This document shows positions 54,647 to 64,000 of a stretch of DNA of 64,000 nt, piece by piece. The DNA is from Eledone cirrhosa. Lineage: Eukaryota. The stretch is from the NCBI GenBank assembly GCA_964016885.1, contig OZ024742.1:303738001-303802000 (forward strand), read 5' to 3'. Under the pieces are notes generated by a model that saw nothing but the letters and a program-made list of their open reading frames with translations, was not told the origin of the DNA and searched no databases. Position 1 is the first letter of the stretch. Every line of letters starts with the position of its first letter. Both the position numbers and the translations under genes were made by a program.

Positions 54647-56631
54647 TATCTCATATACTTCGGAAAACATCATATGGATTTTGCCTGATGTTTCCAGCGG
54701 AGAGAGAGTATTAAATATGTCACATTGACGAGACATCACCGCCCCGAACACAGAATGCCGAAATATGGTTATAAGAATAAAATATTATATTAAATGTAAG
54801 CTCAAATTGAATTCCTATACTTCACATGAAATCACTATTTTCGTCTCGGGAGACAAAGAAATTATTGAAGCCAGAAAGAAAACTGTAGATCTAACATAGT
54901 ATCTGTCCTATATCTCTATCATGTCTCAAGAGACCTTGCTATGGTGCCACGTCGGCCCCACTCTCATAATATTAACGGTTGCTTACAATTCTTTTCCACT
55001 TAGATAGAACGACCCTTATAACACACATTTCTTGCAAAGCCTTAGAGAAACACACAATCATTTTCCTCTTTGCCATCTACACAACTTCCAATGAGTCCTC
55101 AAATTGGTATTTCGATTACCTAGCAATTGAACCCAAGTCTTCCGCAAATCACATCTTAAAATCTTAAAGAAAAGTAATGGCACCTTGAATAATGCATTGC
55201 GCAATACAGTATCTCCCATCCCACCCCTAAAAAATCGATGGTCTTCACTGGATAACTTTTGGTCAATCAAAGCCTACTTGCGGTGAATCAACAAAAGAAC
55301 ATAAGTTTCAAATATTTTCAGTTATCTGTTTCATCGTTCAGTTTGTTGTGTGATGTTAGAAGAGTCTTTTCATACATAATCAGTGTTCTCTAATGTTTCC
55401 TTTCAAATTCACTTAGCAAATATAATTTACCGTCGCTTTCGTTTGTACGCCAACTTATTTTAAAATTAGCTGTCATTTCCCGCTAAATCACCTTAATATA
55501 AATTCTAATTATTACTGTCAACTACACTATAACTATTCAACATAATACATGATCTCCAAACTTTCCCTGTTAGTCGACAATGATATTCGTTTAACGAATT
55601 TCGGCTTTCTATTTACAACAATTGTTATCATTCTATGTATTATATCTACACGAATTCATTGCAAATGAACCAATGTATTTGTTCGAGATTCTTTAAAATT
55701 AAATGACTTATATCTGACAAATCACACCATGCATTTCTAGAATAAGATGTACACATTGCAAGATGTAATCTAATATGAAGCATGTTAGAAGGAAAGAAGA
55801 GATGATATTGTTTGTAACAACCTTTGTCATATTTCTGCTTGATCAGGACTGGCCAATGGTTACTACTGTTACACCTTTAGCCTGTAAACACCCGGCAGCT
55901 TTGTTAGGAATCTTTTTATGGATTATATTTCTAGGTACCTAACACTTTGGTCGAGGCAATCTTTCTGGAAAATGTGTATATTCATCATATGCAAGGGTGT
56001 GGGTATTGATGGCATGCAAAATATTAACTCAACCTTATCTCATACACTTAAAAAACTATTACATTCTTGCCGCTTTTTGTTGTTGTTACTTAAGTCTTTC
56101 GTTTTACTATTTCTGTTTGTTCATATTTGTTCAATGTTGAAAGCAATCAATTAACGGAGACGTCTAATGTTTGTAGAAAAATTACTTTATCTTTGCTGCT
56201 CAATATGTCATTCAAGGAAGAAAATAAGTATTAATGAAAAAAGTAAGAAGGATTTTGAAGTAGAAACGCATTCGTTCAGCACAGCCATGTAAGAGTAAAC
56301 AAAAGGAATATGGCTTCTTTCTACTGAAAGACTTCTTTAAGTTTTGAGAACACCGAGGAACGAATTTGATGCCAAAACCGGTGAGACTGTATGTTTAACA
56401 TATTTAGATTTGATGTTTAGAGTTCTGAGATTGAATTCAACATTGGCTACTTTATTCACTTGAAGGGAGCAATCAAGATCGACTGTGTATCATCGTCTAA
56501 TTAAATTGAATATTGTGAAGAGTTGAAACGAATCAGAGAGATCGTTGTCGACTAGCAAAGGTAAATACAGATCGTCATACACATATTGATGGTGCTTGGG
56601 TAACATATGATGTCGTATATACATATATAGA

Positions 56632-56935
56632 AATAGGATTTCGCTTCAAGCATAGCTTTATATAGATAAGGCCTTCATCATTACGGTCCCTCCCACCGCT
56701 TTCAACTGCTGGACTTGAAAACTGTCGAGAATATATAGTTTTCTCGTCTGTGTAAATAAGGTGATTAATCTCATTTGTATATGAAGCTGCATAAGTTGCC
56801 TCAACTTATAATAAAATAGAAATGGGATCTCACTTCAAGCATAGCTTTATACAGATAAGTATAGAAATTTCATATTTCTAAAGAAACACGGTATGTTTAC
56901 AGGAAACATTTAGGAAGCTGTAGCTATGCAAACAC
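56632..56935 (-). mobile_element. Deleted tandem relatives of the 46893-47207 element
   Basis: Antisense matches to AGCAGTTG.AAGCGGTGGGAGGGACCGT, to the tail TATAAAGCTATGCT.GAAG (twice) and to GTGTTTGCATAGCTAC.GCTTCCTAAA. Confidence 0.7.
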
Positions 56936-57832
56936 GCTGCATGGTGCAACGGTATCCTAAGGGCAACAACCACCAACTCCCTCTGACACCAAAGACCAGC
57001 CAACCCAGGCTGGAGATAGAACGTGTAGCAATGGGGGGGGGGCAGCATGGCCTCAGCCGGATGGCTGGAACAGGTAAAAGAGTGAAAGAGTATATATATA
57101 TATATATATTTATAATTCTATCCAGCAAATGCTTTGTTGGTTCACAGAGATCACAAATGAATCTCAGTGTTATAGCTTATTAGTTTCTGCTGCGTTATTT
57201 GTTTTCTGAAGCAGACTGGAAGACAAAACTATAACCCTTGCACGCATAACTTTAACACCCCCCAGACACAATGAAAGCAACCACACACACACACACACAC
57301 ACACATGATAGAAAATCAGACTGTAAATACATACACATAGACACACTCTCACAAATATTTCCACATATTCACACGACAAAGGTGTGTTCCATAATTAAAC
57401 ACCAAATCATGAAATATCCGTTCATTTTTATAAATGAATCGCAAACCTCTGGACAGTTAAGCGTTATATTATTGATGTCGGCCATAAATATCTGGAAAAC
57501 TATAGCAGACTCCCAAATTTATTAATTATTATTAACAGAAATTGAGTTCTCACGGCCAGCTATGTATTTATTTATTTGCAATCACCAAATATCTCTTTAT
57601 AGAACTAAACACAAACACACGCTCAGACTAACATACACACACACACTTACACACACAAACACGTTACACATACTCATACTAACACACTTTACACACAAAC
57701 AAGCATACAGACTACACACACCCTCCCCCCACACACAGATACATACACGCACACGCTACTTGAAATAAAATGGTCAAACCATAACAACTCCAGAAAAAAG
57801 AACAATGACAACAGTAACAACATCAAGAGCAA

Positions 57833-57916
57833 AAACTACTACTACTACTACTACTACTACTATGACTACTACTGCTGCTGCTGCTCTGCTACTACTACTA
57901 CAGCAACAACAACTAT

Positions 57917-57947
<31 letters not shown>

Positions 57948-58121
57948 GCAACAACAACAACTACTACTACAACAACAACAACAACAACAATAACAACAGC
58001 TACAACTACAACAACAACTACTACTACTACTAATACTACTACTACCACTATAACTACAACAACTACTACTACAACAACAACAACTACTACTACTACTATT
58101 ACTACAACAGCAACAACAACA

Positions 58122-58177
<56 letters not shown>
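57833..58177. repeat. (CTA)n/(CAA)n microsatellite
   Basis: Seen directly. Confidence 0.9.
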
Positions 58178-58179
<2 letters not shown>

Positions 58180-58654
58180 GTGGCGGCGTTTGTGCTGCTG
58201 CTGTTAAAAAACAAAACAAAATCTAACAACAATGGTGACAACAAACCCTGAATATGAAGAATAGATACATGAAACAACAGTTATGATGTTAACAACAGAC
58301 ATGAGAGAATGAGAAGTAAGGAAGTGGCAGAGAGAGAGAGAGAGAGAGAGAGACGGAGAGAAATATAAAGAGGATAAGAGAGAGAGAGAAATAAAAAGAG
58401 GATAAGAGAGAGAGAGATAGTGCGAGAGAAAGAAAGGATAAGAGAGAGCGAGAGACGGAGAGAAATATAAAGAGGATAAGAGAGAGAAAGAGCGAGAGAG
58501 AGAGAAATAAAAAGTGGATAAGGGAGATAGAGACACAGAGGGAGAGAGAGGATAGAAATAAAAAGAGGATGAGAGTGAGTGTGTGTGTGTCTGTGTGAGA
58601 GAGTGAGATAGATAGATAGATATAGAGAGGGAGAAATTCGGAGGTGGGGTGTTA

Positions 58655-59022
58655 CAGCAATTATAACGGTATATTACTGGTGCTTTATGTTATCGACCCT
58701 GGTAGGGATGGAAGGCAAAATTAACCTCGGCGGGATTTGAACTTAGACCGTAAAGGGCTGAAACTCTGTGCTGCAAAGCATGGCGTCCGACCCTCTACCG
58801 ATACTGCCAATCCACCGCACTCTAATAACTGTTTCTACTTTTGGCACAAGGCCAGCAATTACACCAGTGTATTACTGGTACTTTATTTTATCGACCCCAT
58901 AAGGATGAAAGGCAAAATTAACCTCGGCGGGATTTGAACTCAGACCATAAAGGGCCGTAACTCTTTGCTGCAAAGCATGGTGTCCGACCCTCTACCGATA
59001 CTGCCAATCCACCGCCCTCTAA
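58655..59022 (-). mobile_element. Head-to-tail dimer of SINE family A
   Basis: Two consecutive antisense copies, each ending GATACTGCCAATCCACCGC. Confidence 0.85.
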
Positions 59023-59267
59023 TAACGAGGACAGAACATGGCTGAATGGTAAATGAATTCGCTTCGGTTCCGGGTCCCACCGAACTTCAAGACACCTTTG
59101 AATAGTATATGTGTTATCACTATGTATATTTTGCTGTGTACAGTAATCTAAAGATGTTTTATTTCTGATAGTATTATGTATAAATGGATCTTCATATTTT
59201 TTCACCAGGTCGGGACTGATTGTGTGAAGCTGTAGCTGAAGAATTTTAGGTATGATCGTAGACCATC

Positions 59268-59570
59268 AGTGTAGCCAAATGGTTAAGAAATTTGCCTGGC
59301 AATCATGAGTTCGTGGGTCCGATTTCACTATATAGTATCTCGGGGTGTTGTATTTATCATATGCTGCTGTTGATTATTGCTTTTTGGGTGAAATCTGAAA
59401 GATAGAAACAGCTAGGATACCTATCGAATGGACTGTACCTGTAATACAATGGCCCAGCTTTGTCAGAAAATGTGTCGGACTGAATCCGCTTCAGATCTAA
59501 GTTACGGGTGTACGTGTCTTTGGAATGTTCAGAAACACTTTATTTCCATGAGTAATATGTTCCGTTGATC
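59268..59570 (+). mobile_element. Diverged CORE-like SINE (family B)
   Basis: TAGCCAAATGGTTAAG head; 3' part similar to 35420-35560. Confidence 0.45.
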
Positions 59571-59720
59571 GAACAGGGAGGTAGAAAAGAAAAACTATCG
59601 TCTAAAGCGACTGAGTTCATTAAATGGTATCCAAGCACAAAAGAAAATGAGTAGGGACAATGAGGTAAAGGAGCTGAATGAAGAGAGGGAGGGGGGAGAT
59701 GTTTGAGTGTACGTATGTGA

Positions 59721-59756
<36 letters not shown>

Positions 59757-60089
59757 TGGAGGTAGGAACGGGGTGGAATAAATCATTTTATATTATTATT
59801 TTAAATATTTATGGTGTACAAACAACGTTATTAGTTTAGTCTGTCGTATTAAAATTTGAAATTTATAACAAGAGCCACGGTTGACAAACAATAGAACAAG
59901 AAATAAGAAATATATTCATATTAAACCATTTAGTAAAATACATAAACATAAACACTTTAACATAATAAAGAGCAAAGCTTGCTGTCTGAATGAGTTTATA
60001 TCTTGTAATTGATATTGTTGTTGTCGTCGTTTGTGTAATTAGTGTTGAGGGTGGAAGAGACGTAAAAAAAGGATTTATGGAATATTGTG

Positions 60090-60377
<288 letters not shown>

Positions 60378-60467
60378 TCACTCAATATGCAAATTAGGCT
60401 GCTCAGCCGTTAATTTTCATAAGGAAAGTATATACTTTCGAACGTTCAACTATCTGGCAGATGGGTA

Positions 60468-60512
60468 AACGGTGCTGATGATAGCTAACAAGCTTGAAAC
60501 TAGTACATCGTT
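60468..60512 (+). ncRNA. Type I hammerhead ribozyme
   Basis: AACGGTG CTGATGA T AGC TAACAA GCT T GAA ACTAGT A CATCGTT; 7-bp stem I, palindromic stem III. Confidence 0.8.
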
Positions 60513-61158
60513 CCTGTGTCAGTGTTGAACAAAAAGGTGACGTGGTTGCCTTAACACCGTATGGCATAAATTCAGGCTGTTCAGTTTGTTGACAAACGAA
60601 CAAAGCGGCGTTATAATAAGCGTCCGCTAAACTGATGCGTGCATATATGTATGTGTACCTGTATGTATATATGTATATATATATATATATATGCATGCTA
60701 CTGTACGTCCGTATACATATATGTATGTACGTATACATACATACTTACATTTAAGTAAGTGCCATACTAAGAGTGAGAAATGAAATTTCGTTTTCATTTT
60801 TTTCAACTTATATATATATATATATAATGGTAAGGTGGTGTGTGTGTTTATGTGTATGTAATATATATATACAGTATATATATATATATACAATGTTGTA
60901 TGTATACAATATATATATATACAATATTGTATGTATACAATATAGGTAGGTGTTGTATATATATATATTATATTATAAATAGAAGAAGCAATTATATTAT
61001 AAATATTATACATTACATATATTAATATTTATAATATAGATATATTTACACACACATATATGTGTATATACATATACACACATATGTATATATACATACA
61101 TATATATTCATATATATATATATATATGAATATATATATATATATACATATATATACC

Positions 61159-61198
<40 letters not shown>

Positions 61199-61212
61199 CA
61201 TATATATACCTA

Positions 61213-61243
<31 letters not shown>

Positions 61244-61429
61244 GTAGAAAGCGAGAGAGAGAGGGAGAGAGAGAGAGCGGGCTGAAATTGCTACATTATA
61301 ATATTGTGATGACTTTTACTGCCCTTTGCTTTCAAAGTATTCTTTGTTTTTTTAAATGATGTGTCATATTGATGTTTAACATCAGTAGAGAACATAAAGT
61401 AGTAAAAGTAACAACAGCAACAGCAGCGG

Positions 61430-61506
61430 CAGTAGGATTGGTGGTAGTAGTAATAGTAGTAGCGGCAGTAGTAGTAGTAATGATGGTGGTTGTGGTGGGG
61501 GTGGCC

Positions 61507-61581
<75 letters not shown>

Positions 61582-61596
61582 CTGGTAGTAGTGGTG

Positions 61597-61652
<56 letters not shown>

Positions 61653-61665
61653 CGTGGTGGTCGTG

Positions 61666-61712
<47 letters not shown>
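61430..61712. repeat. (GTA)n/(GTG)n microsatellite
   Basis: Seen directly. Confidence 0.9.
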
Positions 61713-61713
<1 letters not shown>

Positions 61714-64000
61714 TATCAGTTCAAATATGATGGATCAGGGAAAGGTGTCCCAGCCAGTACCATCTTATATTTTTAGTGATATGTAACACCTCATTCTGTA
61801 TAACATTTTCTTTTTACATTTCTGCCCCTTATTACAAGTTTGATTGATTCGAGGAAAACTGTGGGTGCTAATTCTTGCGCCTGCATCTATCATTTATTTA
61901 ATCTAGGCGTTGTCTTTTACCTGAATGTTGTCGATTATGTCATAAATTGTATGTTGTTCCTTTATGAAACATGACTGAATAATTCCCAGTATTTTGTAGG
62001 TCGATCTATTAAGTCTACCATACGCCCCTCTCAATGTGCTTTATTAAAGAAAAGCCGCAGGAAAGGTTAGGAACTTTCCAGTCTGGTGGCTATGGCGAAA
62101 GAGGTAACATGATGGATGCAGCTGAAAGGACTAAAGACAGATAATTTCGTCTTCGGCTAAGCCCTCATTGAAGTTTTTCAAGTTCCACGTGGATAAGATA
62201 GTAAAGTGATGCATATCTTCCACTCCTTCAGTACATTTGATAAAAGTTCAGTGTATGTAGCGAGGATGGCCCGAATGAAAGGGCCTATTCTGAGTATGCG
62301 TCTGTAGGCTGGAGAGTTGAGGGTGGATCACCTGGCAATTCAGTTTACATCTGTAGAGTTCCTAAATTACCTTGGATATTGCTTCCCGTTTTGTTGAATT
62401 CTGTTTTAAATTTACTATTATTTTGTTATCTGTTTTGTTACCTGTTTTTTTACCTGTTTTGTTACCTTTTTTGAACAAAATAAGAACAAAAAACAGAAAA
62501 AAATGAACATGTGTGTATGTTTGTGTGCATGTATATATATATATATATATACATACATCTCTGTGTGTGTATGTGTGTGTGTACGTGTATATGTCTATAT
62601 ATGTGCGTGAGTATATGTGTGTATGTGTATGTATGTATTTGTCTGTGTCTGTGTGTCTTTGGGATTATTTGTGTGTGTATGTTTATGTCGGGGCTCTGCA
62701 TAATTTGTGCCTTCGACATTTCACTTACAAGTCATTCTTCAGCTTGAAAATACATTAGAATAAAACCAATGTGCTGCAGATTGGGGATTGAACTTGTAGT
62801 GACGTGGTTGTAAATCGAATTACTTAATCACACTGAGTATGCCTGCTCGTGATCAATCTTCGAGTGGATGTTTTATCTCCTACGCCAAAACCAGAGCTTA
62901 TTAACATATTCCAATATTTCCTCGTTAAATATTTTATGTTTATAGCTCCACTCGCGTATCTGTGTCAGATGAAAGGGACAGATAAAAGCTGATCTTATTG
63001 ATTAGACGCACTTCATATGTTACGGTTGCCTATATTCTATGGAACTTTTATGAAACTTCTAAAATCTCGGATACTGGACTTTCATGAGCCTTCTAGTTGT
63101 TGTCCGACCTGCTAGAAATCAAAGGAATCTAATCTAACTCAAATTACACCCTATCAGCGGTAAAAGAGTTAGACGCATTTTAATTTAGTACTTGTGTAGA
63201 TCAAAACTCTCAGCTCAAATTATACTCTACATTCGTTAAAAGAGAGTTAGATTTTGTTTAATATAGTACTAGATAAGCACTAAACCCTGAGAGAATGATT
63301 AAATCACCATAGCGGGAGCGCTATTGAAATAAACCTGCTTAGTAAAGCCTGATCAGAGTATAAACAATGAAATAGTAACTCCTAAAAAGGGTTAATAGAA
63401 GGCGGGTAAGCGTTAGATTGTATATATAACATTGCATGAGTTCACACACTAAAGGGAGAGAGAAGAATACGCTTATCTCAAAAATAACAGATTTAACTAG
63501 GATATAAACTGATTCGTTGTCATGGTTTATAGGCCTCTAACTATATTCTATATTCTAACTATAGTCTTTGAGTACTACGATTTCTGGTTCATTGAAAGTA
63601 ACATCGGATGCAGTAATGACTGAATAACTATGAAATTTGCTTTAGGTGAGTGCATGTCCAACATTCAACAACAATCTACGGTAATTTTTTCACGTTTTCT
63701 AACGTAGTCGGGCTTAGAAGACAAGTACAAGAAAAACCAAATCAGAAGCACACTTGAAATAGTTTTAGCACAAAATACACAACAGAAGTGATAGAGTTTA
63801 ACCGTTGGCTGACGAAAGTCCCTCTGTGGAAAGCATTTGGGCCAGGTCTCCAATCCAAACATAACTTATTCTATTTCTTTCACAACTTTGTTAGTATAGG
63901 TATGATGTGGTGTTTAAGGTTAGTTTAGGCGATTAATTAACCATGTTACAGTTGTGTTACGTAGCTAGAAAACTATATTTCCTCAGCATACGGGTTTACT

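Noticed and set aside
54650-56600. Host gene exons in the non-repetitive stretch
   Set aside because: Only short ORFs with no recognisable domain or convincing splice pattern
62130-62400. Possible decayed PLE end with a hammerhead remnant (minus strand)
   Set aside because: Core too degenerate (CAATGA) and peptide similarity too weak to support

Overview
Gene-poor, AT-rich eukaryotic DNA saturated with microsatellites. The SINE and repeat content looks cephalopod (Octopus-like); this is an inference. No host protein-coding exon could be supported, and most ORF-track entries are translations of simple repeats. Main contents: (i) a ~6.1 kb 38-bp minisatellite apparently expanded from the C-terminal zinc-finger codons of an RTE LINE; (ii) a near full-length but frameshifted L1/Tx1-clade LINE (36.1-41.7 kb, minus); (iii) several Penelope-like element (PLE) fragments (RT and GIY-YIG) plus non-coding PLE-like units, many sitting in (TA)n tracts; (iv) about 14 type I hammerhead-ribozyme motifs read by eye, some intact and some degenerate, including forms with a very large branched stem II, a long stem I or an 8-nt core; (v) a recurring 'inverted arm + body + 3' tail' foldback architecture, with one inverted arm ending exactly at a predicted hammerhead cleavage site; (vi) two tRNA-derived SINE families, RTE fragments and large trinucleotide-derived arrays.
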